Positions 10,346 to 20,053 of a stretch of DNA of 64,000 nucleotides are shown piece by piece. Position 1 is the stretch's first letter, and each line of letters starts with the position of its first letter. The stretch is from an uncultured Eubacteriales bacterium (GTDB lineage Bacteria; Acidobacteriota; Aminicenantia; Aminicenantales; Saccharicenantaceae): contig CAYREO010000012.1 of the NCBI GenBank assembly GCA_964423315.1, forward strand, positions 15,534 to 79,533. Direction: 5' to 3'. Below the pieces are notes generated by a model that had not been told where the DNA came from, did no database searches, and saw only the letters and a program-made list of their open reading frames with translations. A program made the position numbers and the translations under genes.

Positions 10346-13300
10346 ATGAAGAAAGCATCGACGAGAGTTCTCAAGATCGCGGGGATCGCCTTCGGGTCCC
10401 TGCTCCTCGCGGTCGTCGTCGCGGCCCTTCTCGTCCTCTTCCATAAGCCCCTCGTCAGGAATGTCCTCCAGTCCCGGCTCGCGAAAGCGACGGGGATGAC
10501 GGTCCGCATCGGGCGGCTCGACTACCGCCCGTTCCCCCTGCGGGTCGTCGCGGAGTCGGTGACCGTCGGGCGGGAGGACGCCTACGAGAAGCTGGACATC
10601 GACGTGGCCCGCCTTGAGGCGGACGGGCGCCTGGGCGGGCTCCTGCGGGGCGAGCAGGCCGCCCTGGAGCGGGTCGTCATCGACGGAATCGACGTCCGCT
10701 ACCAAGAGAAGGCCGCAAGCCCCGAGCCGGTCGATTATCAAGCCCTCCTCCGTCAGGCCGCGGATATGTTGGCGCTCGTCCGGAGGCTCGAGATCGGCAA
10801 CGCCCGGATCGCGGCCTCGATGCCGCCTCATGCGCTCGAGCTCGAGGACGCCCGGCTCGAGCTCACGGCCCCCGGTTCCGGCGGGGGCTCATGGGCGCTC
10901 CATCTCCAAAGCCCCGCGGCCCGGGCCGCCGGGGGCGACGGGAGCTATTCGTTCGACGGAGGGCTTCGGGCGGCCGGCACGGTCGATCCGGGCCCGGCGA
11001 CGGCCGTCAATCTTCGGGTTGCCATCCTCTCCCCACGGGTCTCGGCGGGCGGGTCCGAGCGGGCCGTCGCGTCGCTTCTCGTCGAAGCCGACGGCATCTG
11101 GGAGATGGAGCCTGGACGGGTCTCCGTTTCGCGGCTCTCGGCCGGCGTGCCGGGGCTTGTGGAGGTCACCGGGGCCGCCGCGGCGGTCATCAAGGGTCAA
11201 CCGGACTACGACGTTTTCGCCACCCTGCGCTTAGAGGACCTCGAAGCCATGGCCCGGCTGGTCGGGGACGGGATGCCGGCGGAGCTCCGGGAAACCCGGA
11301 TCGGGGGCCGGGCCCGCGCGGACGTCCGCTACATCTCCCCCGCGGCGCCGAAGGAAGCTCCGGAGATCCATGTCTCCCTGAAGCTCGAGCGGGTCGAGCT
11401 CGGCCGCACCGTCTCCGGAGTCCCCGTCCGGGCCTCGCTCGAAGGTGGACTTGAGATCGACAGACTGCCGGTCGGCTTCGGCGCTTCGGCCGACCTGCGG
11501 GCGGGCCTGGACCCTCTGAGTTTCGATCGGGCCCGCCTGGGCCCGTCGAGCCTTCGGCTTCAGGGGCGGGCGACTCCCGACCGCATCGATGTTTCGGCGC
11601 TCACCGCCCGCATCGACGGATTGAGCGTGCCCGTCGAGGAGGGGCGCGAGGTCCGCTTCGAGCGGGTCGATCTCTCCGGCCGGGGCTCTTTCGATCCGCG
11701 CCGGCGGACCCTGGAGGTCCCGGCCCTGCGGGCCGTTCTGGCGCCCCTGCCGCCCTTCGCCCTGGCCGGCCGGTTGGACCTCGAGGGCCGCGGCCCGCGG
11801 GAAGTGAAGCTCAAGGCCCGGGGGTTCGACATCCCCGCGATCCGGGAGTTCCTGGGACCGTTCCTCCCCGAAGCGCTCGCCGAGTGGGAGGCCGCCGGAC
11901 GGTTCGACCTCGAAGCCCGGGCCGCCGGCGCCGGGCGCTTCGACGGCGCGTGGGACCTCGCCGCCGGCCTGAGCTTCTCGGAGGCCGCGTTCAACGACCC
12001 ATCCTTTGTTATCGCCGGCGAGGGCCTGGCCCCCGTCCTTCGTCTCTCCGGGACATACGACCCCGGCGCGGCCGCCGTCCCGTTCTCCGCGTCTTTGGCC
12101 TTGGGCCGCGGGGAGTCCCTCTTCAGGTCGTTCTACGTCTCCTGGGACAAGCACCCCGTCGAAGCGACGCTGGCCGGCCGCTATGAGCTTGGCACGGGGA
12201 CCGTCGAGCCGCTCGAAGGGCGGGTCCTTGTCCCGACCATCGGGCGCCTGGATGTCTCCGGGGCGGCGCGCGTGTCCGGAGGACCGTCGTTCGATCTGCG
12301 GAGCGAGGCCCGTCTGGCCTTGGCCCCGTTCTATTCGCTCTACACCCAGGCCGGGGTCGCCGAGGAGAGCCGGATGAGGCCGGCGGGAGATCTCACCGCC
12401 CGGCTCGATGTCGCCGGCCGGGAAGGCGGGAGCCTGAGCGTCCGCGGCCGTCTCGACCTCGAGGGGGCGTCGCTCGAGAACCCCGTCTCGAAGCTCCTGC
12501 TCGCCGGCGTCTCCGCCGCGATCCCCATCCACTATGACTCCGCCGCCGGCGGCCCCGAGGACGCGGGCGACGATCTCGCCGAACAGGGATTCTTGAGGAT
12601 CGCAAGTCTCCGCAGCCCTTTCCTGGCGCTCGAAGGTCTGGAGATCGGCCTGCGGGCCGGCGCCAACGCCTACCGGATCGAGCCTCTGAAGATCGACCTT
12701 TTCGGCGGGCGGCTCGAGACGGGCGCGGTGACCGTCCGCGTCGACCCGCTGACCGGGGAATTCCGCGGCCTCGGCTCCCTGGCCCTCCGCGACCTCGACA
12801 TCGCCCGGTTCCCCATCGCCTCGCCCCAGTTCCAGCTGACCGGGACCGTTCGGGCCGAGTTCTCGAGCCTGGACTTCACGGCCGAAAGGATCGCCGTCGC
12901 CGGCCGGGGCGAAGCCGACGTCTTCGGCGGCCAGGTCATCCTCCGGGACCTCGCCGTGGACAGGCCGTTCAGCGAGGCCCGGACCATCTCGCTCAACGTC
13001 GATCTCCTCGACCTCGACCTCAAGCGGCTGACCGACGAGGTCCCCTTCGGCGAGGTCACCGGGATCGTCCGCGGCGAGATCCGCGACCTCGTCCTGTCGT
13101 ACGGACAGCCCGAGCGGTTCGAGCTGCGCATCGAGTCGGTGCCCCGCAAGGGCGTCCCGCAGACGTTCAGCCTCAAGGCCGTCGACAACCTGACCGTGCT
13201 GAGCTCGGGCGAGCAGGCCTCGGCCGGGACGAGCCAGTTCTGGATGCGCTTCATCCGGGGCTTCCGCTACGAGAGGCTCGGCATCGTCAGCACGCTCCGC

Positions 13301-13468
13301 AACGACACCTTCACCCTCAACGGCACTATCCGCGAGGGCGGCGTCGAATACCTGGTGAAGAAACCGGCGCTTTTTGGTATAAGTGTTGTGAACCGAATGC
13401 CCGACAAGGTCATCAGCTTCAAGGAGATGACGAACCGGCTCCGGCGGGTCGGTCAGTCGGAAAAATAG
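10346..13468 (+). CDS. YdbH/AsmA-like intermembrane lipid-transport-type protein
   Basis: N-terminal TM anchor, long beta-rich body, C-terminal FRYERLGIVSTLRNDTFTLNG; followed by YdbL-like gene. Confidence 0.65.
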   Translation: MKKASTRVLKIAGIAFGSLLLAVVVAALLVLFHKPLVRNVLQSRLAKATGMTVRIGRLDYRPFPLRVVAESVTVGREDAYEKLDIDVARLEADGRLGGLLRGEQAALERVVIDGIDVRYQEKAASPEPVDYQALLRQAADMLALVRRLEIGNARIAASMPPHALELEDARLELTAPGSGGGSWALHLQSPAARAAGGDGSYSFDGGLRAAGTVDPGPATAVNLRVAILSPRVSAGGSERAVASLLVEADGIWEMEPGRVSVSRLSAGVPGLVEVTGAAAAVIKGQPDYDVFATLRLEDLEAMARLVGDGMPAELRETRIGGRARADVRYISPAAPKEAPEIHVSLKLERVELGRTVSGVPVRASLEGGLEIDRLPVGFGASADLRAGLDPLSFDRARLGPSSLRLQGRATPDRIDVSALTARIDGLSVPVEEGREVRFERVDLSGRGSFDPRRRTLEVPALRAVLAPLPPFALAGRLDLEGRGPREVKLKARGFDIPAIREFLGPFLPEALAEWEAAGRFDLEARAAGAGRFDGAWDLAAGLSFSEAAFNDPSFVIAGEGLAPVLRLSGTYDPGAAAVPFSASLALGRGESLFRSFYVSWDKHPVEATLAGRYELGTGTVEPLEGRVLVPTIGRLDVSGAARVSGGPSFDLRSEARLALAPFYSLYTQAGVAEESRMRPAGDLTARLDVAGREGGSLSVRGRLDLEGASLENPVSKLLLAGVSAAIPIHYDSAAGGPEDAGDDLAEQGFLRIASLRSPFLALEGLEIGLRAGANAYRIEPLKIDLFGGRLETGAVTVRVDPLTGEFRGLGSLALRDLDIARFPIASPQFQLTGTVRAEFSSLDFTAERIAVAGRGEADVFGGQVILRDLAVDRPFSEARTISLNVDLLDLDLKRLTDEVPFGEVTGIVRGEIRDLVLSYGQPERFELRIESVPRKGVPQTFSLKAVDNLTVLSSGEQASAGTSQFWMRFIRGFRYERLGIVSTLRNDTFTLNGTIREGGVEYLVKKPALFGISVVNRMPDKVISFKEMTNRLRRVGQSEK

Positions 13469-13494
13469 CGTCCGCGAACAAGGAGGACGGAGAC

Positions 13495-14085
13495 ATGAGA
13501 AACAAAGCCGCGCATTTCGCCCCGCTGGCCGCGGCCCTGGCCTTCGTGATCTCGTGCATCACGGTCAACATCTACTTCCCCGAGGCCACGGTCCGGACGG
13601 CGGCCGAGGAGATCGTCCAGGAGATCCGCAAGAAGGACGGCCAGGACAATGCCGGGCTGGAAGCGGTGGGCGTCCCCGCCCGGGGGCCTGCCGCCCCGTT
13701 CTCGCTCGTCCCGGCGGCCTGGGCCCAGGAGGAGACGACGGTCTCCAACCCGGCCATCCGGGCCCTCAAGGAGTCCCTCAAGAACCGCTTCGCTTCGCTC
13801 AAGCCCTTCTTCGACGGCGGGAACGTCGGCGAGACGAACAAGGGGCTCGTCGAGGTCCGCGACGAGGCGGCCCTCGGCCTCAAGGAGAGGGCGGCCCTAA
13901 GGAGCCTGGTCAAGGACGAGAACGCCGACCGGTCGAAGCTCTACGCGGAGGTGGCCAAGGCCCTCAACATCGCGGCCTCGGAGATCGACCGCGTCCAGAA
14001 GATCTTCGCCGAGAGCTGGATCAAGAGCGCCGAGCCCGGCTGGTGGGTCCAGAACGAGAACGGGGAGTGGGTCAAGAAGAGCTGA
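13495..14085 (+). CDS. YdbL-family (DUF1318) lipoprotein with YnbE-like N-terminus
   Basis: Lipobox ISC then ITVNIYFPE; GNVGETNKGLV, LVKDENADRSKLYAEVA, PGWWVQNENGEW. Confidence 0.8.
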   Translation: MRNKAAHFAPLAAALAFVISCITVNIYFPEATVRTAAEEIVQEIRKKDGQDNAGLEAVGVPARGPAAPFSLVPAAWAQEETTVSNPAIRALKESLKNRFASLKPFFDGGNVGETNKGLVEVRDEAALGLKERAALRSLVKDENADRSKLYAEVAKALNIAASEIDRVQKIFAESWIKSAEPGWWVQNENGEWVKKS

Positions 14086-14110
14086 TCCGCACCCGCCTCC
14101 GTCGCCGCTC

Positions 14111-15409
14111 TCAGGCCGCGGCCGCGCCCCGCTTCCGGCCGAAGCGCAGCTTCATCGTCAGGATCTTGTCCGAGGAGAAGACCTTGGCCGCGAAGCCGAC
14201 CAGGATGATGAACACGACCAGCATGTAGGCCAGCCCGCCCAGGATCAAGCCGTAGTTGCCGAGGTAGAGGTTCTGGGGGACCAGGAATGGGTGCGAGAAG
14301 GGGATGGCCATGATGAGGACCTTGATGGGCGTGGAAAGGGAGGCCATGTCGGCGAAGATGGAAATGAAATAGGGGACCATGACCATCAGGATGAGGGGCA
14401 TGATCATGTTCTGGGCGCTGCGGAAGTCCTCGGCCAGGACCCCCAGGATCATGGCCATGGACAGGGCCGTCAGGATGGCCAGGAACAGGGCCGCGCCGAG
14501 GACGAGATAGCCCGTTGCGTCGAAATAGAGGCCCAGCTGGCGCATGATGTCCGCCCCCGGCTGTCCGGCCGCGGCCTGGACCTCGTCGGCGCCCATCCCG
14601 CCCATGAAGCTCCGGAAGCCGGCCATGTAGACGAAGGCCGAGATCAGCCCGACGAGGCCCGCCGAGAGCATCTTGGCGGTGATGATCGAGGTCCGGCGGA
14701 TGGGCACGGTCAGCAGGGTCTCCAGGGTCTTGTTCTGCTTCTCCATGGCCACGGCCGAGATGACCATCTGCGAGGAGTAGATGACGATCATCATCAGGAC
14801 GATGGGGATGAGCATCGACTGCGACGAGACGAGACCCGCGACCATGTTGGGCGAGCCTTCGGCCATGCGGTCCCGGACGAGGACGAAGTCCCTGGCCCGG
14901 ATGGGGTTCTTGAGGCTGTCGGGATCGTAGCCGGGGAGCTTCTCCCGGAGGAAGCCGTCGGAGGCCGCGTCGTTGAGGGCCGAGATGACGGCCCGGACGA
15001 TGATCTGGGCGCGGGCCCCGATCAGGGAGAAGCTGCGCATGAACGAGTAGGTCTCGACCTCGGCGGGGGCGAGGCCCTGGAGGGAGTCCCCGAAGCCGGC
15101 GGGGATGACCAGCAGGAGCTTGGCCTCGCTCGCCCCGGCGGCCTGGACGGCCTCGTCCTTGGTCTTGCCGGCCATCGACGCGACCTTGAAGTTGGCCGAT
15201 TCGAGCCCTTTGACGAGACCATGCGATGAAATGGAGCCGTCGAGGTCGAGAATGGCGATGGGCTGGGTGCCCATGGCCTTCTCGACCTCCTTGCGGCTCG
15301 TCCGGCCGATGAATTGGAAGAGGACGACCATGAAGACCAGGGAGACGACCAGCTGGGCCGTCACGAGCTCGCGGATCTCCTTGCGGAGGAGGTTCATGAA
15401 TCGTTTCAT
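14111..15409 (-). CDS. ABC-2 type permease (NatB-like)
   Basis: LLRKEIRELV, VAMEKQNKTLETLLTVPIRR, multiple TM helices. Confidence 0.88.
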   Translation of the reverse strand: MKRFMNLLRKEIRELVTAQLVVSLVFMVVLFQFIGRTSRKEVEKAMGTQPIAILDLDGSISSHGLVKGLESANFKVASMAGKTKDEAVQAAGASEAKLLLVIPAGFGDSLQGLAPAEVETYSFMRSFSLIGARAQIIVRAVISALNDAASDGFLREKLPGYDPDSLKNPIRARDFVLVRDRMAEGSPNMVAGLVSSQSMLIPIVLMMIVIYSSQMVISAVAMEKQNKTLETLLTVPIRRTSIITAKMLSAGLVGLISAFVYMAGFRSFMGGMGADEVQAAAGQPGADIMRQLGLYFDATGYLVLGAALFLAILTALSMAMILGVLAEDFRSAQNMIMPLILMVMVPYFISIFADMASLSTPIKVLIMAIPFSHPFLVPQNLYLGNYGLILGGLAYMLVVFIILVGFAAKVFSSDKILTMKLRFGRKRGAAAA

Positions 15410-16125
15410 TGGACGGCGCTCCTGAAGACCTCTTCGAGATTATTGGCCTTGTGCCGATCCTTGAGGCCCGCGGGCGTGCCGGTGTCGAGGATGCGCCCGT
15501 GGTCGATGAGAGCCACCCGGTCCGAGAGGAACTCGATCTCCAGCATGTTGTGCGAAGAGAGGAGAACGGACGTCCCCTCCTTCACGTAGCGACGGATCAT
15601 CGACCGGACCTCGAGAGCGTTGAGGACGTCGAGGCCCGAGGTCGGCTCGTCGAGGATGGCCAGGACGGGCTTGGTCATCAGGGCCCGGGCCAGGAGGATC
15701 TTGCGGGTCATGCCCTTGCTGAAGGTCCCGACCTTGTCCCCGAGGCGGGCCCCGAGATCGGTGATCTCGACGGCCCGATCGACGTAGTCCTTTCCCTCCT
15801 CGGCCGTGCGGGCGTAGAAAGCGGCCATGAACTTGAGGTAGTCGAGGCCCTTCATGTTCTTGTAGGCCCCGGCCTCCTCGGGCAGGTAGGAGATCTTCTC
15901 CCGGACGAAATCGGGCTCCTTGCTCAGGTCGTGCTCGAGGAAGGTGACCTTCCCGCCGGACACCGTCAGGAGAGTGGCGCAGATCCGCAGGGCCGTCGTC
16001 TTGCCGGCCCCGTTGGGGCCGATGAGGGCGAAGACCTCCCCGGGACGGACCTCGAAATCGATGCCCTTCAGGGCTTCCAGCTTGCCGTAGGTCTTCCGCA
16101 GACCTTCGACCCGTAGAACGCTCAT
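15406..16125 (-). CDS. ABC transporter ATP-binding protein (NatA-like)
   Basis: Walker A GPNGAGKTT, signature FSKGM, Walker B ILDEPTSGLD, SSH loop. Confidence 0.93.
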   Translation of the reverse strand: MSVLRVEGLRKTYGKLEALKGIDFEVRPGEVFALIGPNGAGKTTALRICATLLTVSGGKVTFLEHDLSKEPDFVREKISYLPEEAGAYKNMKGLDYLKFMAAFYARTAEEGKDYVDRAVEITDLGARLGDKVGTFSKGMTRKILLARALMTKPVLAILDEPTSGLDVLNALEVRSMIRRYVKEGTSVLLSSHNMLEIEFLSDRVALIDHGRILDTGTPAGLKDRHKANNLEEVFRSAVQ

Positions 16126-16222
16126 GGGCGCCTCCTTCTTCGCGCGCCAAGCGCGGAAATCAGCCGTTATTCTATTTCATACGGGGCGGGAAGACAAAGG
16201 TTCGCCCAAGGTCCGGACGGGG

Positions 16223-17668
16223 CTAGGGGTCGAGGCGGACTTCTTCCCGGTAGTCGATGGTCAGGCGGGCGGGGGACCCCGGCCGGGGCCTCAGGAGCTT
16301 GACGACCCGCAGGAACAGCCGGTTGCGGCGCTTCCACATCCGGTTGAGGTTGCGGGCGTAGTGGGCGATGGCCAGGGCCAGCCAGTCGCCGGCCAACAGC
16401 TTGCGGACCGACCCCTTCAGCGAGTAGAACTTCCGGTGGGCGAAGATCTGGGCTTTCTGCAGGTCGAACAGCGAGAAGCGGGCCGGCTGGAAGACGACGT
16501 GGTGGGCGTCGTAGAGCGTCCAGTCGCGGAAGCGGATGCGGTTCTCGGCCGCGATCCGCTCGTAGAACTCCGAGCCCGGCAGCGGCGTCAGGATGAGGAA
16601 CTGGGTCGAGGTCAGCCGGGCCTTCTTGGCGAACCGGACCGTCTCCCGGACGGACCGCCAGGTGTCCTGGTCGAAGCCGAGGACGAACATCCCGTGGATG
16701 CGGATGCGGTGCCGCCGCAGGACCTCGACGGCCCTCGTGATCTCGTCCACCGTCTGGCTCTTCTTCATGCCCGCGAGGCTCGAGGGGTTGACCGACTCGA
16801 AGCCGATGTAGAGGGTGTGGCACCCGGACCGCTTCATGAGCCGGACGAGCTCCGGATCGCGAGCCACGTCGGCCCGGACTTGGGCCGTCCATGGGAACCT
16901 GAACCGCTCGCGGACCATGGCCTCGCACAGCTCGCGGGTCCGCCGGGGGTCGGCCGCGAAGTTGTCGTCATAAAAGAAGATGAGGTTCTTGCGGTCATCG
17001 TAGCGCCGCAGCTCCTCGACGACGTTCGCGGTCGAACGGAAGCGGTACTTGCGGCCGAACATGCCGGTCACGGAGCAGAACGAGCAGTCGAACGGGCAGC
17101 CGCGCGAGGTCAGGACGGGGATGGACGACAGGCGCCGGCGTCCCGGAGGGTCGGGCTTGAGGAGCCCGAAATCGGGGAAGGGAAAGCGGTCGAGGTCAGA
17201 GGAGCGGGGGGCCATCGGGTTGTGAACGGGCCTTCCGTCCGGGCCCCGGTAGGAGAGGTTCGGGACGCCGGAGTAGTCGCCCTTTCCGGATTCCCAGGCG
17301 TCGACGAAGGAGGGCAGGGCCTCCTCGCCCTCGCCGCGGACGACGAAGTCGGCGTGTTCCAGGGCCTCGTCGGTGAGATAGGTCACATGGGGGCCGCCCA
17401 TGATGACCGGAACGCCGACGGCCCGGGCCCGGTCGGCGATGGCGTAGGCCCGCGGGGCGGTCGAGGTGATGGTCGAGATGCCGACGAGGTCGGCCGAGGC
17501 CAGGGCCTCGAAGTCGAGCCGGCGGAAGTCCTCGACGAAGACCTCGACCTCGTGGCCCCGCCGTCGCATCATGGTCCCCAGAATGAGTGTCCCCAAGCGG
17601 GGCAGGGGGTACTGGGAGAAGATGTGGAGGTTCGGGGCCCGGGGCTCGATGAAGACGATCTTGCTCAA
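16223..17668 (-). CDS. Cobalamin-binding radical SAM protein
   Basis: B12-binding domain (GISTITSTAPRA, GGPHVT) plus SRGCPFDCSFC cluster motif, YDDNF, IGFES. Confidence 0.9.
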   Translation of the reverse strand: MSKIVFIEPRAPNLHIFSQYPLPRLGTLILGTMMRRRGHEVEVFVEDFRRLDFEALASADLVGISTITSTAPRAYAIADRARAVGVPVIMGGPHVTYLTDEALEHADFVVRGEGEEALPSFVDAWESGKGDYSGVPNLSYRGPDGRPVHNPMAPRSSDLDRFPFPDFGLLKPDPPGRRRLSSIPVLTSRGCPFDCSFCSVTGMFGRKYRFRSTANVVEELRRYDDRKNLIFFYDDNFAADPRRTRELCEAMVRERFRFPWTAQVRADVARDPELVRLMKRSGCHTLYIGFESVNPSSLAGMKKSQTVDEITRAVEVLRRHRIRIHGMFVLGFDQDTWRSVRETVRFAKKARLTSTQFLILTPLPGSEFYERIAAENRIRFRDWTLYDAHHVVFQPARFSLFDLQKAQIFAHRKFYSLKGSVRKLLAGDWLALAIAHYARNLNRMWKRRNRLFLRVVKLLRPRPGSPARLTIDYREEVRLDP

Positions 17669-17678
17669 AATCCTTCTC

Positions 17679-18392
17679 CTATTTTTCCGTGGGGGCCTTC
17701 AGGCGCTTCCGGTTCCGGGCCTGCAGGGCCAGAATGTCCTTGCGCTTCTTCTTGGCCAGGTCCTCCCAGCGTTCGAGGCCTTCCCGGATGAGCTTCATCC
17801 TGCCGAACAGGGCCCCGACGGCCTCAAGCAGCGAGACGAGCCTTGTCTCGACCTCGTCCGGCGGGAACGCCTCGAGGTCCTCCTCGATCGCCAGCAGGGC
17901 CCGGGCGCCGTCAGAAACGGCCTTGACGTCCTCCAGAGTGTAGCCGAAGAGCTGCAGGTCGCGGATGAGCTTGCAGACGAGGACATAGGACTCCGGATAG
18001 AGCCGGAAGCCGCCCTCGGTCCTCATCTCGGGCCCGATGATGCCCTTGTCCTCCCAATGCTTGATGGTCCGCGGACTGGTGCCGGACCGCTCGGCCAGGC
18101 TGCCGACCGTGAGGAAGCGGCCCTTCTCCGGGGGCTGGACGGCCTGGCGCCCGTCGCGGGGCCAGCCGACCTTCCTGATGATCTTGAGGATCTCCTCGGT
18201 CCCGTAGCCGAGGCCGGCGAGCCTGCGGAGGTGGCCGACGCGGTCGACGCTCCCGGCGGCGAAAAGGGGCGCCTTGCCGTCGGTGAACCCGGCCGGTTTG
18301 AGGAGCTTGGCTTTGGCCCACTCGGCCAGCGTGTCGCAGGCCGTCCCCGTCCGACGGGCCAGGTCCTCTAGGGTCAGGACGTCTTTGCTCAT
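17679..18392 (-). CDS. MerR-family regulator with two MerR-type HTH domains
   Basis: LTLEDLARRTG...WAKAKLLKP and LTVGSLAERSGTSPRTIKHWEDKGIIGPEMRTEGGFRLY; C-terminal coiled coil. Confidence 0.85.
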   Translation of the reverse strand: MSKDVLTLEDLARRTGTACDTLAEWAKAKLLKPAGFTDGKAPLFAAGSVDRVGHLRRLAGLGYGTEEILKIIRKVGWPRDGRQAVQPPEKGRFLTVGSLAERSGTSPRTIKHWEDKGIIGPEMRTEGGFRLYPESYVLVCKLIRDLQLFGYTLEDVKAVSDGARALLAIEEDLEAFPPDEVETRLVSLLEAVGALFGRMKLIREGLERWEDLAKKKRKDILALQARNRKRLKAPTEK

Positions 18393-18606
18393 ATCGTACC
18401 TATACGTTTATGTTTAATAATATTATATAATAACCTATACGAATAGGAATATATTATGGCGCGAGGCCCTTGTCAAGAGGATTCTTTTATGGGGGGGCCG
18501 CGGCCGGGCCCGAGGAGGCGGGACCGTTGATTCGCAAGTTGACTTGGCCCCCCCGGCTCCTCTAAAGTAGAGCCTGCCCCGAAAAATTGGATAAGGAGAA
18601 TCTTCC

Positions 18607-19974
18607 ATGACCAGAAAGCTCGTCCCCGCGTTCCTCTTCGCCGTCTTCCTGGCCGGAGCCGCCGGGCTCGCCGCCCAGGAACGGACCTGGGAAATGGCCG
18701 GGGTCCGCGACCTGGAGAACATCCTGCCAGAACGGGCGCGGGCGGCGGTCGTCAACCGCTGGCTTGAATGGCGCCTCGATAACATCGTCCCCATGATCAT
18801 GCGTCGCGAGGGGATCGACCTCTGGATGGTCGTCAACCGCGAGTACAACGAGGACCCGATCTACATATCCATGGTCTCCGAGCCGGCCATGAACGCCCGC
18901 CGGCTGTCCATCCTCATCTTCCACGACCGCGGGGCCGCAGGCGTCAAGAGGCTGACCGCCAACTGGCACGGCACCGGCTCGTCCGGGCCCCTCTATGAGC
19001 CCATCTTCAAGGACCGGTCCAAGGGATGGAAGGGACAGTTCGAGACCGTGGCCGCCTACATCCGGGAGCACAAGCCGAAAAAGATCGGCCTGAACTTCTC
19101 GGAGCATTGGGCCTTCGCCGACGGCTTGAGCCACGGCCTGATGAAAGAGCTCGAGAAGGCCCTCGATCCGGCCGACCGCAAGAAGATCGTCTCGGCCGAG
19201 AACCTTTGCATCGGCTGGCTCGAGACGCGCGGCCCCGAGGAGATCCGCGTCTATCGGCACATCAACGGCATCGCCCACGACGTCATCGCCGAGTTCTTCT
19301 CCAACCGGGTCATCGTCCCGGACGTAACGACGACCGACGAGGTCGTCTGGTGGATCCGCCAGAAGTTCACAGACCTGGGTCTCCGGACCTGGTTCCAGCC
19401 GTCCGTCAGCATCCAGCGCTCGCCGAAGGACCAGGCTCTCTACGGCAAGGGCGACCGGACGATACGCCGGGGCGATCTGCTGCACTGCGACATCGGCATC
19501 TCCTACCTGGGCCTGAGCACGGACACCCAGCACAATGCTTATGTTCTGAGGATCGGGGAGACGGACGCTCCGGCCGGCCTCAAGGAGCTCCTGCGGCGCG
19601 GCAACCGGCTCCAGGAGATCCTCATGGACGAGTTCCGGACAGGCCGGACCGGCAACGAGATCTACCTCGCGGCCCTCACGAAGGCCAAAGCCGAGGGCCT
19701 CGAGGGACGCATCTACTCGCATCCCCTCGGTGTCCACGGCCACGCCGCCGGACCGATCATGGGCCTCGTCGAGGCCCAGGAGGGAGTCCCCGTTCTGGGC
19801 GATTATCCGCTCTACGAGAACACGTGCTATTCCATCGAGCTCAACATATCGCACGTCGTCCCGGAATGGGACAACGCCAAGATCACGATGGGGCTCGAGG
19901 ACGGCGCCTCCTTCACCAAGGACGGCTGCCGCTGGCTCGACGGCTACCCCCGGGAGCTATACCTCATCAAGTAG
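18607..19974 (+). CDS. Exported M24-family (Xaa-Pro-like) metallopeptidase
   Basis: Signal peptide; LLHCDIG, TDTQH, HPLGVHGH, YSIELN, GLED metal ligands. Confidence 0.88.
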   Translation: MTRKLVPAFLFAVFLAGAAGLAAQERTWEMAGVRDLENILPERARAAVVNRWLEWRLDNIVPMIMRREGIDLWMVVNREYNEDPIYISMVSEPAMNARRLSILIFHDRGAAGVKRLTANWHGTGSSGPLYEPIFKDRSKGWKGQFETVAAYIREHKPKKIGLNFSEHWAFADGLSHGLMKELEKALDPADRKKIVSAENLCIGWLETRGPEEIRVYRHINGIAHDVIAEFFSNRVIVPDVTTTDEVVWWIRQKFTDLGLRTWFQPSVSIQRSPKDQALYGKGDRTIRRGDLLHCDIGISYLGLSTDTQHNAYVLRIGETDAPAGLKELLRRGNRLQEILMDEFRTGRTGNEIYLAALTKAKAEGLEGRIYSHPLGVHGHAAGPIMGLVEAQEGVPVLGDYPLYENTCYSIELNISHVVPEWDNAKITMGLEDGASFTKDGCRWLDGYPRELYLIK

Positions 19975-20053
19975 GATGGCCGATTTGCCTCGCTCCATGC
20001 CGGCAGAGAAGGTCGTTCCGCTGGCTGGGATCTCCTAAAAGACGGCCGGTCCC

